A DNA stretch of 60,808 nucleotides, filler included, from 6 parts of 6 records of this genome joined end to end with filler, not necessarily neighbours in it; one strand, 5' to 3'. Shown: positions 1-10,680, counted from the whole stretch's first letter. Notes: a model not told the origin generated them from the letters alone. Made by a program: numbers and translations.

Positions 1-127
1 GTTCGTCATGGGTGCCATGGGAGAAATTCATTCTGGCAACGTTCATGCCTTTTTTGATCATTTCCCTTAATACATCCGGGGATTGGCTGGAGGGCCCGAT
101 GGTGCAGACTATCTTGGTACGGCGCAT
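1..127 (-). CDS. pyk: Pyruvate kinase, 5' part (runs off window edge)
   Basis: Manual translation from ATG at 127: [14 protein letters not shown]...[16 protein letters not shown], the canonical pyruvate kinase N-terminus. Missing from the ORF track; lies downstream of gap-pgk. Confidence 0.93.
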   Translation of the reverse strand, partial: MRRTKIVCTIGPSSQSPDVLREMIKKGMNVARMNFSHGTHDE

Positions 128-147
128 AAAAAAATCCTGACATCATG

Positions 148-210
148 TGACTCAACTTTCGGACTTTCGTATGATCCCATATGAACGGGGATGCCCCGAA
201 AGTTGAGTCA
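148..210. repeat. Perfect 15-bp inverted repeat (MITE/REP-like) in the pgk-pyk spacer
   Basis: TGACTCAACTTTCGG (148-162) and CCGAAAGTTGAGTCA (196-210). Confidence 0.75.
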
Positions 211-276
211 TTTAAGAAAAATGTCCCTGTCGCTGGCGGCGGAGACAAAGTGAACGATGGTTGTTGAAGGCCTTTT

Positions 277-1479
277 TTATCCGTGATTTCCGGAAAGGGC
301 TTCAATGCCGGGAAGGGGTTTTCCCTCGAGGAACTGGAGGGAGGCACCGCCGCCGGTGGATACATGGGAAACCTGGTCCGCAAGGCCTGTTTTTTCAATG
401 GCCGCGGCAGAGTCCCCGCCACCGATGATGGTGACGGCGCCCTTCCGGGTCGCTTCCGCCAGGGCCTGGGCAATGCCGGTGGTTCCCTGGGCCGACGCGT
501 CTATTTCAGCCACCCCCATGGGGCCGTTCCAGACAACTGTTTTTGACTCGAGGATGATTTCCGAAAAGCGTTTCATGGAAGCCGGGCCAATGTCCACGGC
601 CATCATCTCCTTGGGAATTTCGTCGGCTTTGACCTGTCGGGTCGGGTTCATGGTGCGGGCATTGAAATCAAAGTGATCGGTGATGGTGTAGTCCAGGGGC
701 AGGACGAGCTTGTCGCCGCCCTGGGCCATCAGTTCTTTCGCAAGGGGGATTTTATCGTCCTCGCACAGGGAGGCGCCGATTTCGGCCCCCGTTGCCTTCA
801 GGAAGGTGCAGGCCATGCCGCCGCCGATGATGAGGCGGTCGACCTTGGGAAGAAGGTGTTTGATGACATCTATTTTTCCGGCAATCTTGGCCCCGCCGAT
901 GATGGCCGTAAAGGGAGTCTTGGGGGTGTTGAGGGCGTTGCCGAGAAAATCGATCTCCTTTTTGAGGAGATAGCCGCAGGCCGCCTGTTTCACATGGCGG
1001 GTGATGGCATGGGTGGACGCATGGGCCCTGTGGGCCGTTCCAAAGGCGTCGTTGACATAGATGTCCGCCCCCTGGGCCAGGCGTGCGGCGAAATCGGAAT
1101 CATTGTCGGTCTCCTCGCCGTGGAACCGCAGGTTCTCCAGGAGAAGTACCTGGCCGTCATCAAGGTTGGCCACAGCGGTTTCCACCGCTTTTCCCTGGCA
1201 CTCCCTGACGAATTTCACCCGGGAATTCAAAAGTTTTCCGAGATGCTCAGCCACCGGGCAGAGGCTGAGGGACTCAACCACTTTACTGCCCGGACGACCG
1301 AGATGGGAGATGAGCACGACCCGTGCTCCGTGTGATTTTAAATATTCGATGGTGGGCAGGGCCGCCCGGATCCGTTTGTCGTTCTCAACCCTGCCGTCTT
1401 TCAGGGGCACATTGAAATCGACCCGTGTGATCACGGTCTTGCCCCGAACTTCCAGATCTTCTACAAAAAGCGTTTCCAT
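277..1479 (-). CDS. pgk: Phosphoglycerate kinase
   Basis: RVDFNVP, SHLGRP, LLENLRF, DAFGTAHRAHAS, GGAK, WNGPMG, STGGGASL motifs. Confidence 0.98.
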   Translation of the reverse strand: METLFVEDLEVRGKTVITRVDFNVPLKDGRVENDKRIRAALPTIEYLKSHGARVVLISHLGRPGSKVVESLSLCPVAEHLGKLLNSRVKFVRECQGKAVETAVANLDDGQVLLLENLRFHGEETDNDSDFAARLAQGADIYVNDAFGTAHRAHASTHAITRHVKQAACGYLLKKEIDFLGNALNTPKTPFTAIIGGAKIAGKIDVIKHLLPKVDRLIIGGGMACTFLKATGAEIGASLCEDDKIPLAKELMAQGGDKLVLPLDYTITDHFDFNARTMNPTRQVKADEIPKEMMAVDIGPASMKRFSEIILESKTVVWNGPMGVAEIDASAQGTTGIAQALAEATRKGAVTIIGGGDSAAAIEKTGLADQVSHVSTGGGASLQFLEGKPLPGIEALSGNHG

Positions 1480-1497
1480 GGTTCAAGATCCCTTGAA

Positions 1498-1520
1498 GCC
1501 CGGTCCATGCCGGACCGGGC
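1498..1520 (-). terminator. GC-rich hairpin between gap and pgk (terminator or mRNA-stabilising stem)
   Basis: GCCCGGTCC-N5-GGACCGGGC, 9-bp perfect stem just after the gap stop. Confidence 0.55.
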
Positions 1521-1534
1521 CCCTGTGGTTTTGC

Positions 1535-2581
<1,047 letters not shown>

Positions 2582-2652
2582 TTAGTAAAAATTCAGATTC
2601 GAGAATGTAATAGTATACGGTTTCGTTAAAATCAAGAGAAAAATATTCAAAA

Positions 2653-2679
2653 ACGAACATTTCGCTTTCGAAAACGAAA
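2653..2679. promoter_or_regulatory. Palindromic operator candidate upstream of gap (GlpR/DeoR-like)
   Basis: TTTCGCTTTCGAAAACGAAA (2660-2679; 18/20 palindromic) preceded by ACGAACAT. Confidence 0.45.
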
Positions 2680-3026
2680 AGTTGCGTTCATAAAATAATC
2701 ACGGATCAGCGGTTCGAATCGTCGCTAAGAATGCCTTATAATAGCCGTTACGGCATTTGTTGAGCCTCGTGATGGGGTGGTTGAATCGTGTTGGAAAGTT
2801 TTCATTTTCCGGAAAGTGAGGATGCGCTTTCGAAATGGATCATGGCTGGAAAATTCCCATGGGGGGAAACCGGTGAAGGACACCTGCCCGGAACCTCCCC
2901 GGTTTTGTTAAAAACCTGCCCGGTCATAATAGTGTTTCCATATCTCCGGGTTTCCGCTTATAATCAGCGCCCGGTTTTTTTATATGGCTGCCTGCAAAGG
3001 TACAACGGACAACAGAAGGATTTTAT

Positions 3027-3320
3027 ATGGAAAGAACTGAGACAATAACAACAGACAAACGGTTCATCCAGGCCAACAAAGAGGCATTATGGGCCACCGG
3101 CCTTGCCCTTTGCTATTTCGGCTGGTGGTATCTTTCCGCCTACATTCCAGGTGAAGTGCCGGTGGAAGCGTATTCATACATTTTCGGGTTTCCCGCTTGG
3201 TTCTTTTTGAGCTGCATCCTGGGATTCGTTCTGTTTTCTATCCTGGCCGCATTGATGGTTGCCACGGTTTTCAAAGACATCTCCCTTGCGGGCTCAGAGA
3301 AAGGAACGAAAAAATCATGA
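3027..3320 (+). CDS. yhdT: YhdT/DUF997 small membrane protein
   Basis: DKRFIQANKEALW...FGFPAWFFLSCI; ATGA overlap with panF as in the enterobacterial yhdT-panF pair. Confidence 0.88.
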   Translation: MERTETITTDKRFIQANKEALWATGLALCYFGWWYLSAYIPGEVPVEAYSYIFGFPAWFFLSCILGFVLFSILAALMVATVFKDISLAGSEKGTKKS

Positions 3321-4813
3321 TCAACTTCGAAATTGTGATCCCCCTTATTCTCTATCTGCTGCTGGTCTATCTCATGGCCCTCTATTCAAAGAAGATCCTC
3401 TCGCAGTCTGGCAATTTCCTTGAGGAGTATTTCATCGGAAGCCGGGACATGGGGGGATTTCTCCTTGCCATGACCCTTGTGGCCACCTACACCAGCGCCA
3501 GCAGCTTTGTGGGCGGCCCCGGCGTGGCCTACAAGATGGGGCTCGGCTGGGTGCTGCTGGCCATGATCCAGGTACCCGCCGCCTGGCTCTCCCTCGGGAT
3601 TCTCGGGAAAAAATACGCCATCATCGCCCGGCGGGTCCAGGCGGTCACCATCAATGATATTCTCCTGGCCCGCTACCAAAATAAATGGGTGGTGATCCTG
3701 GGGTCCCTGAGCCTGGTGCTCTTTTTCATTGCCGCCATGGTGGCCCAGTTCATCGGCGGCGCCCGGCTGTTCGAAGGGATCACCGGCCTGTCCTACAACA
3801 CCGGCCTGATCATTTTTGCGGCCACGGTGATTCTCTACACAACCATCGGCGGATTCCGGGCCGTGGCCCTGACCGATGCGGTCCAGGGGGTGGTGATGAT
3901 GATCGGCACCATGGCCCTGCTGGCAGGGATTATTGCGGCCGGCGGCGGGATTCCGGCCATCATGGCCAAGCTTACCGCCATCGATCCGGCCCTGATCACG
4001 CCGGCCGGGCCGGACCAGTTTCTCAATAAACCCTTTATACTATCGTTCTGGGTTCTGGTCTGTTTCGGCGTCATCGGTATTCCCCACACCGCGGTCCGCT
4101 GTTTTGGATACAAAGACAGCCGCGCCATGCACCGGGCCATTGTCATGGGCACCTTCATATTGGGATTTCTCATGCTCGGGATGCATCTTTGCGGTGCCCT
4201 GGGGCGCGCCGTGATTCCCGAACTTGCCGTGGGCGACAAGATCATGCCGGCCCTGACCCTCAAGGTGCTGCCCCCGTTTTTTGCGGGCATCTTCCTGGCC
4301 GGTCCCCTGGCGGCCATCATGTCCACCATCGATTCCCAGCTGATCCTTGCATCGGCAACCATTGTCAAGGATATCTACCTCAACTACATCCGGCCCGGAA
4401 CCGAAAAACAGGGCCTTGGCGAAGGGGGGGATACCATCCTCCATCGTTTGAGTTTCTATACCACGATCCTGATCGGGCTTATTGTTTTTGCCGCCGCTTT
4501 TAATCCGCCGGATCTCATTGTCTGGCTCAACCTTTTTGCCTTTGGCGGGCTCCAGGCCGCTTTTCTATGGCCCCTTGTCCTGGGGCTTTATTGGAAGCGG
4601 GCCAATGCCGCCGGGGCCATGGCCGCCATGGTGACGGGGGTGGCTTCCTACATGATCCTGGCGGTGTTTTTTAAACGGGTGGCCGGCATGCATGTGATCG
4701 TGCCGACCCTGGCCGTCACCCTTGGCGTTTTTATTCTGGTAAGTCTTCTGACCCCGAAACCCGAGTCAGGTGTGATCCGTCTTTTCTGGGGGGACGGACA
4801 GGATCGGGAGTAG
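3317..4813 (+). CDS. panF: Sodium/pantothenate symporter (SSS family)
   Basis: EYFIGSR, AMTLVATYTSASSFVGGPG, AAIMSTIDSQL. Start re-assigned to ATG 3317, overlapping the yhdT stop. Confidence 0.9.
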   Translation: MINFEIVIPLILYLLLVYLMALYSKKILSQSGNFLEEYFIGSRDMGGFLLAMTLVATYTSASSFVGGPGVAYKMGLGWVLLAMIQVPAAWLSLGILGKKYAIIARRVQAVTINDILLARYQNKWVVILGSLSLVLFFIAAMVAQFIGGARLFEGITGLSYNTGLIIFAATVILYTTIGGFRAVALTDAVQGVVMMIGTMALLAGIIAAGGGIPAIMAKLTAIDPALITPAGPDQFLNKPFILSFWVLVCFGVIGIPHTAVRCFGYKDSRAMHRAIVMGTFILGFLMLGMHLCGALGRAVIPELAVGDKIMPALTLKVLPPFFAGIFLAGPLAAIMSTIDSQLILASATIVKDIYLNYIRPGTEKQGLGEGGDTILHRLSFYTTILIGLIVFAAAFNPPDLIVWLNLFAFGGLQAAFLWPLVLGLYWKRANAAGAMAAMVTGVASYMILAVFFKRVAGMHVIVPTLAVTLGVFILVSLLTPKPESGVIRLFWGDGQDRE

Positions 4814-4824
4814 GTAAATTTTAA

Positions 4825-4850
4825 CCATGAAGATCATGAAGAACATGAAG
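4825..4850. repeat. Short tandem repeat (CATGAAGnn)x3
   Basis: CATGAAGAT-CATGAAGAA-CATGAAG directly after panF. Confidence 0.6.
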
Positions 4851-5041
4851 GTAGAAATGACTTAATTCGCTTTGTGAGGAAAATTACAGGCGGATTTATA
4901 ATATTCCTAACATGTTTGCTTCTTTGGGATAAGTGTTCCTCCTCAGGATCGGGATTATATTGCTTGCAATTTTTAAAATTCGGGTGATATAGATGTCTCC
5001 GTCTCGACCCCGATTTTGCCTTATAAGATGAGGAGAAGTGT

Positions 5042-5830
5042 ATGTTCATTAAGAAAAGTGCAAGTCTTGTTTTATTCGCATGTCTCATGATCGGCGCAGG
5101 AGCCTCCCCTGCGCCGGCAAAGAATATGGATCGATGGATCGAAGCGTTTCAGCCGTCGGCTCTGTCCAGGAGTGAACAGCGGGCTGAATTCGAGTGGTTC
5201 GCCAGGGCGGCAAAGCCTTACAGGGGGCTTGAAATCAAGTCCTGCTCGGAAGGCATCCCCACTCACAAATGGGAAGCCGCCGTGCTTGCGAAAGCATTTA
5301 CCGACATCACCGGCATCCGGTTAAAGGTGGATATCATCGGCGAAGGCGAAGTGGTGAACCGGATGACCCGCCAGATGGAAACCGGCGAAAAAGCATATGA
5401 TATCTATGTGAACGATGCCGACCTGATCGGCACCCATCTCCGGGCGGACAGCGCACTCAACTTCAATGACTTCATCCGGGGCGAGGGTAGTAAAGTCACC
5501 AACCCCCGACTGGATCTGGATGATTTCCTCAATCTGGAATTCGGCCAGGATTATGAAGGCAATCAGCTTCAGATACCGGATCAGCAGTTTGCCAATCTTT
5601 ACTGGTTCCGGTATGACTGGTTCACCAACCCGAAATACATGAAGGCGTTCCGGAAAAAATACGGGTATGAACTGGGTGTTCCCCTGAACTGGCAAGCCTA
5701 TGAGGATATTGCCGAATTCTTTACCGGCAAGGTTATCGACGGCCGGAAAGTGTACGGGCACATGGACTACGGTAAGAAATCCGCGGGCCTGGGATGGCGG
5801 TTCACCGATGCATGGCTTTCCATGGCCGGT
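5042..5830 (+). CDS. Sugar/glycerol ABC transporter substrate-binding protein (GlpV-like), truncated by contig end
   Basis: Signal peptide; FQPSALSR..Q..E..WF, PDQQFANLYWFRYDWF, YGYELGVPLNWQAYEDIAEFF, LGWRFTDAWLSMAG motifs. Confidence 0.8.
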
Positions 5831-5930
5831 NNNNNNNNNNNNNNNNNNNNNNNNNNNNNNNNNNNNNNNNNNNNTTAATTAATTAANNNNNNNNNNNNNN
5901 NNNNNNNNNNNNNNNNNNNNNNNNNNNNNN
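5831..5930. other. Artificial contig linker
   Basis: N-run, TTAATTAATTAA (stops in all six frames), N-run; 100 nt. Confidence 0.98.
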
Positions 5931-6299
5931 ATTACCGAAAAGCTGTATCAACCCTATGGCATGGTCCACGGCGGTGTGTACGCCTCCATGATCGAGTCCC
6001 TGTGCAGCACCGGGGCCGCCCTGAACGTGTATGGGGACAATAGCAGCGCGGTGGGACTTGAGAACGCCACCTCGTTTTTGCGGGCGGTCCGGTCTGGGAC
6101 GTTGCGCTGCACCGCAACGCCCCTGGTCATGGGCCGACGGTCCCATGTCTGGGAAGCGACGGTCCACGATGACCAGGGCAGGCTTGCGGCAACGGGGCGG
6201 GTTCGCCTGATGATCCTTGAGCAAGGTTCCCAGGCCGCGGGCGCCAGGGTGGAGCTTGTGCCGTCCAATGGGGAAAAAACGGCTGGGGGAGCATCTTAA
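5931..6299 (+). CDS. PaaI-family hotdog thioesterase (5'-truncated by contig start)
   Basis: QPYGMVHGGVYASMIE...VGLENATSFLRAV...GRRSHVWE; frame is open back to the contig edge. Confidence 0.85.
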   Translation: MTEKLYQPYGMVHGGVYASMIESLCSTGAALNVYGDNSSAVGLENATSFLRAVRSGTLRCTATPLVMGRRSHVWEATVHDDQGRLAATGRVRLMILEQGSQAAGARVELVPSNGEKTAGGAS

Positions 6300-6439
6300 A
6301 CCCTTCGGGGAAAGCCATGGATCAGCGGCGGTTTCACCGTGGTTGGGCGGGGTATCATTCCACCACCCTGTGACCCCGGAGTCTCATGCACTCGCACACT
6401 TAAACCGGGTCTTAAAGGCGGCATTGGACGCTATACCGA

Positions 6440-6585
6440 AAAAAATAGGGATCATGGCAGACAGCCATGGAAAACCGGAGGCCATCCGGGGAGCCATCTC
6501 TTTTCTGAGGGAAAAGGAATGTACCCTGTTATATCACCTTGGCGATATTTGCGATTCCGGTTCTCCCGGAACGGCGGATGCCGGA
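6440..6585 (+). pseudogene. Metallophosphoesterase fragment
   Basis: KIGIMADSHG and LYHLGDICD (motifs I-II) present, GNHD/E motif absent; similarity ends where the convergent gene ends. Confidence 0.6.
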
Positions 6586-7491
6586 TCAGGTGCAATGCCG
6601 CACCATGAATTCCCTGAGCATTTCTTCGGATAATTGTAGGCGGCTGCTTTTTACACAGCCCATTCTTGAGCAGAACGACTGGCCGTAGTTATAATTTTTG
6701 CTTTTGTCCAGGAAGAACATGTAAATGGGGGCACCACATTCGCAATCGAATAAAATGGGGAGTTTTTTCCGGCAGGTGGGGCAAAAAACATCTAGGACCT
6801 GGCCTTCTTCGAATGGTTCTCCTTTCAATATGATTTTTTTGGTCTGTCCCACTGTGGCGGTAACGACAACCTCCGCTTCCCTATGACTTTCATGTTCTTC
6901 ACAAATCAAATGGATGCCCTTGTGCTGATCAATTTTTATATCGCTGATCAAACTGTGTCCATTGGGGCAGTATGCTTCGGTGACAACCGTTTTTTCCTCC
7001 TTGTGAACCACGGCGGCCTCATCTTCAGCCACATGGAGTTTGCTGGCTTTTACACATCCAATCCTGGAACAGAATGTCTGGGCGCAATCTTTGGCAAGCT
7101 TTTCATCAAGAAAGAACATGTAATCATGGGTGCCGCATTCGCAATCGCCGTGGGGGAGCAGTTCGGTTCTGCAGATGGGACAGTAGATGGCCACGATGTC
7201 GCCTTCGTTGAAAGGTTCTCCCTTTAGATAGACTTTGGTGGAATCCCCCACCAGGGCCGTAATGACGATATCCGCTTCCCTGTTGCTTTCAATTTCACGG
7301 TACAGGAAATGAATCCCCTTGTGGTCCTCGATTTTCACATCGCTCATCAGATTATGGCCTTTGGGGCAATAGGCCGCTTTGACAAAGGTTTTATGTCTTT
7401 TGATAAGGGTTGTCTGCCAGTCCGGTTTTTGGGTGTCGGGGATGATCAGGGTGCCGTCTTTATGAAATATTTTTGTCATGGCATTCCTCAT
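6586..7491 (-). CDS. Hypothetical protein with two tandem Cys-rich metal-binding domains
   Basis: Two ~120-aa repeats, each YCPxGH...CPxC...DCECG...FCSRxGC. Confidence 0.8.
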   Translation of the reverse strand: MRNAMTKIFHKDGTLIIPDTQKPDWQTTLIKRHKTFVKAAYCPKGHNLMSDVKIEDHKGIHFLYREIESNREADIVITALVGDSTKVYLKGEPFNEGDIVAIYCPICRTELLPHGDCECGTHDYMFFLDEKLAKDCAQTFCSRIGCVKASKLHVAEDEAAVVHKEEKTVVTEAYCPNGHSLISDIKIDQHKGIHLICEEHESHREAEVVVTATVGQTKKIILKGEPFEEGQVLDVFCPTCRKKLPILFDCECGAPIYMFFLDKSKNYNYGQSFCSRMGCVKSSRLQLSEEMLREFMVRHCT

Positions 7492-7676
7492 TATTAAATG
7501 GTTCTTGATTACGAATTGGAATCCACTTCAACAATTAACGACGTAATAAAAAATGAATATATTTTATCGTATGATCGAAACTCGCATTTTGTCAAGGGAA
7601 TACCAAATTCAAATTCGGGGACAGTTCGGGTGACACCTGTTATGACTGATGCCGTGTTTTAATCCGGCAATCGCCG

Positions 7677-8432
7677 TCACACCATGAAGGACAGCCCCAG
7701 AATGAGGGAGCACAGGGCAAGGCAGAGGGGTTCGCGGCCCGAAGGGATGAAGGCCGGGTCCGTTCGCGTGTCGCTGTAGGAGCGGGCCTCCATGGCAAGG
7801 GCCATCCTGTCCGCGGATTCAAAGGTTTTTTTGAGCAGGGGAACCGTGAGGCGGACCAGCCGTTTGACCGGGTTTTTCTCCAGGTGGAAACAGCGTGCCT
7901 GTTGGGCCTGGGATACCTCGGACGCCTGCTTGAGGATCAGGGGCATGAATCTTAAAAAAAGGCTGATCATGACGGCGACCCGGGTCTCCGGGACAAGGGG
8001 GATGGGGCGCAGGAACCACTGGACCGCTCCCTTGACATGGGAAGGCTTTGTGGTTTTTGCAAATACGATTCCCATGAGCATCACCAGGATGAATTTCCAG
8101 GACAGCAGGGCGCCTTCCAGGATTCCCTGGTGGGTTGCCGATATGCCAAACAGGGTGATCACCGGTTCTCCCCCCGTGGTCACGGACCGGGAGGCAAAGA
8201 CCATGGCCACCAGGAGAAAAAAGAATTTCAGTTCCCGAATGAGGGGCAGGGGCTTCACGGCGGTTGCGGCCAGGAGTCCCGTAACCATGGCGGAGATCAG
8301 GGCAAGGGGCAAAGGTCCCCCCCGGAAGGTCGCAAGGCTTATGAGACTCAGGCAGCACAGCTTGCACCGCACATCCAGGCCATGGGCAGGGGAGGCGGCG
8401 GGGAGATAGGTAAACAGGTTCAACTGGCCCAC
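7677..8432 (-). CDS. ecfT: ECF transporter T component (BioN/EcfT)
   Basis: LDVRCKL, LRFMP, QQAR and AMEAR motifs; in the bioY operon. Confidence 0.88.
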   Translation of the reverse strand: MGQLNLFTYLPAASPAHGLDVRCKLCCLSLISLATFRGGPLPLALISAMVTGLLAATAVKPLPLIRELKFFFLLVAMVFASRSVTTGGEPVITLFGISATHQGILEGALLSWKFILVMLMGIVFAKTTKPSHVKGAVQWFLRPIPLVPETRVAVMISLFLRFMPLILKQASEVSQAQQARCFHLEKNPVKRLVRLTVPLLKKTFESADRMALAMEARSYSDTRTDPAFIPSGREPLCLALCSLILGLSFMV

Positions 8433-9178
8433 GGCTGAACCTCCATGCCGAACCTCGATGCGCAGGGTTCCCTGACCCCGAACCGTTCAAGGTGTTTCAA
8501 GAGGGCCCGGGGACGATCATCCGCCACAAGGCGGCCCTGTTCCAGGATGACCATCCGGGTGGCCAGGGTGATCACCTTTTCGATGTCATGGGTTGAAAGG
8601 ACGATGGTGCGCCCCGTGCGGTGGAGTTTTTCGATGCAGGCGATGAGATCCAGGGTGCCCGGGTGGTCCAGGTTGGAAAAGGGTTCGTCCAGCACGATTA
8701 CCTCCGGGTCCATGGCAACCACCCCGGCAATGGCAAGGCGCCGCTTCTCTCCCCCGGACAGGGAGGAGGGATTCCGTTCCCTCAACCGGGTCAGTCCCAG
8801 GGCGTCCAGGGCAAGATCGACCCTTTCCCGAATGATGTCCCGGGCAAGTCCGAGGTTCTCAGGGCCAAAGGCGATGTCATCGGCCACGGTTTCTCCCACG
8901 ATCTGGGTGTCGGCATCCTGGAACACCAGGCCCACGGTTTTTCTGGCAGCCAGGGGATCCCGGCGGACGGATCTGCCGTGGACCAGGAGATCTCCCGCCG
9001 TGGGCATCAGCAGGGCATTCAGGTGCCGAAACAGGGTGCTTTTGCCGGAACCGTTTTTTCCTGCCACAAGAAGGAACTCCCCCTTGAAAATTTGAAAGCT
9101 GATCTTTTGGATGCCGCTCCCCGTGCCGTCGTAATCGTGGCAGAGTTGATTTACCTCTATCAGGGGACCCTCGCTCAT
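8420..9178 (-). CDS. ecfA: ECF transporter ATPase (BioM/EcfA)
   Basis: GKNGSGKST, LSGGEKRR, LDEP, VFQDAD...DIAFGPEN. Confidence 0.9.
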   Translation of the reverse strand: MSEGPLIEVNQLCHDYDGTGSGIQKISFQIFKGEFLLVAGKNGSGKSTLFRHLNALLMPTAGDLLVHGRSVRRDPLAARKTVGLVFQDADTQIVGETVADDIAFGPENLGLARDIIRERVDLALDALGLTRLRERNPSSLSGGEKRRLAIAGVVAMDPEVIVLDEPFSNLDHPGTLDLIACIEKLHRTGRTIVLSTHDIEKVITLATRMVILEQGRLVADDRPRALLKHLERFGVREPCASRFGMEVQPWAS

Positions 9179-9702
9179 TTGATCACCTTTCTGATGATTT
9201 CGGCGGCAAAGACCCCTGCCGCGATCTTGAGCAGATCACCCGGAATAAACGGGACCATGCCGGCGAGAACAGCCTTGTCCCAGGCCATGTTTGTCGCAAA
9301 TTTCAGCCAGGGCACACCGGCGCCGTAAACGATGAGGGAGCCCGCGACCATTGCCCCCGTGTCGGCCAGCCGGGTCTTGCCCAGGCGTTCCGAAATAAGG
9401 GCCGTGACAAACACGGCCGGAATATAGCCAAGGAGATATCCCCCGGTGGGGCCGAACAGCCGGCCGATCCCTCCGGTTCCCCCGGCAAACACGGGAAATC
9501 CGCATGCGCCCATCAATAGATAGAGACCGACGCTTGCAAGGCCCCAGCGGGGGCCGAGGATCAGGCCGGCCAGCAGGACAAAGAGGTTCTGGAGGACGAT
9601 GGGCACGGGCCCGATGGGAATGGCGATAAAGGCGCCTGCTGCAATGAGGGCCGCAAAAAGGGCCGCGTACACGGTTTCTCTCAGTTTATATCCCTGGTTC
9701 AT
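9175..9702 (-). CDS. bioY: Biotin ECF S component BioY
   Basis: PVPIVLQ, GFPVFAGG, GPTGGYLLG, PFIPGDLLK. Confidence 0.95.
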   Translation of the reverse strand: MNQGYKLRETVYAALFAALIAAGAFIAIPIGPVPIVLQNLFVLLAGLILGPRWGLASVGLYLLMGACGFPVFAGGTGGIGRLFGPTGGYLLGYIPAVFVTALISERLGKTRLADTGAMVAGSLIVYGAGVPWLKFATNMAWDKAVLAGMVPFIPGDLLKIAAGVFAAEIIRKVIK

Positions 9703-10631
9703 GATTCATTCTCCCGGTGAAAACAGTCTCCGTAAATTACCTGTCGTGTGGTGTTATCCGCCTGCTCCAGGATCAGTGCGCCCGACGCGTCCACATCCAG
9801 GGCGACCCCCTGGTACACATTGTTGAGGGTTTCGATCCTCACCCGTTTGCCAATGGTTGAACTCTGCTCCTTCCACAGGCCGATGATGTCTTTTTCAAGG
9901 ATGTTTTGAAGCATTGATTTAAAGTCATCCAGAAAGGCCGCAAGGATCGCTCTCCTGGAGACCTCGTGGCCGGTGAGGCTGCGTATGGACACTGCATTGG
10001 GCTCGTCCTGTTCCGGGCTGTTGTTCACATTGATGCCGATGCCGATGTTGACAAAGGAGAGCATGTCCCCCCGGGTCTCCATTTCGGACAAAAGGCCCAC
10101 AAGCTTCCTGTTGCCCACAAGGATGTCGTTGGGCCATTTGACCCGGGCATCGATGTCAAAGAGGCGGTTCAATGTCCGTGCAAGGCACAGGGAGGCGGTG
10201 AAATTGAGCTTGAAACTCAGCTGGGGCGGTAGGTCGGGTTTGAGGATGATGGTGAACCACAGTCCGCCCTTTTGGGAAAACCAGCTGCGGTTGAGCCTGC
10301 CCCGGCCCTTTTCCTGCTGTTCCGCAATTACCACTGTGAAATGGGCGGCATCCTGTCTGGCAAGTTCCCGTGCCCTGTCCATGGTGGAGTCGACAACGGG
10401 AAAAAAACGGATCACGGACTCCCCCCTTTCAAAGCTGAAACCCAGGAGGTCCCGGCAGCTTTTCAGCCGGTATCCCTTGGGGGATGAATCGATGTCATAT
10501 CCTTCCCGGACCAGCCGTTTCATGTGTTTCCACACCGCCACCCTGGAGATGCCCAGGCGGTTGCTCATTTCTACCCCTGAGATAAACTGGCTCTGGGTAT
10601 TGCCCAGTAGTTTTAAGATTTTTTCTTTCAT
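9699..10631 (-). CDS. birA: Bifunctional biotin ligase/repressor BirA
   Basis: N-terminal HTH (ISG...SRVAVWKH), GRGR, KWPND, GIGIN. Confidence 0.95.
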   Translation of the reverse strand: MKEKILKLLGNTQSQFISGVEMSNRLGISRVAVWKHMKRLVREGYDIDSSPKGYRLKSCRDLLGFSFERGESVIRFFPVVDSTMDRARELARQDAAHFTVVIAEQQEKGRGRLNRSWFSQKGGLWFTIILKPDLPPQLSFKLNFTASLCLARTLNRLFDIDARVKWPNDILVGNRKLVGLLSEMETRGDMLSFVNIGIGINVNNSPEQDEPNAVSIRSLTGHEVSRRAILAAFLDDFKSMLQNILEKDIIGLWKEQSSTIGKRVRIETLNNVYQGVALDVDASGALILEQADNTTRQVIYGDCFHRENES

Positions 10632-10635
10632 GGAT

Positions 10636-10680
10636 TTTTTCCTGTTAACCTGGTTTGGGGTGAATGGTTAACAGGAAAAA
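10636..10680. promoter_or_regulatory. BirA operator
   Basis: TTTTTCCTGTTAACC-N15-GGTTAACAGGAAAAA; the core fits the TGTnAACC-N14/16-GGTTnACA BirA box, immediately upstream of birA-bioY. Confidence 0.85.

Noticed and set aside
6-473. 155-aa minus-strand ORF
   Set aside because: Off-frame overlap of pgk and pyk; the pyk frame is the real one.
5831-5930. Recurrent TTAATTAATTAA palindrome flanked by Ns (5 copies)
   Set aside because: Artificial contig linker; ORFs containing X that cross it are artefacts.
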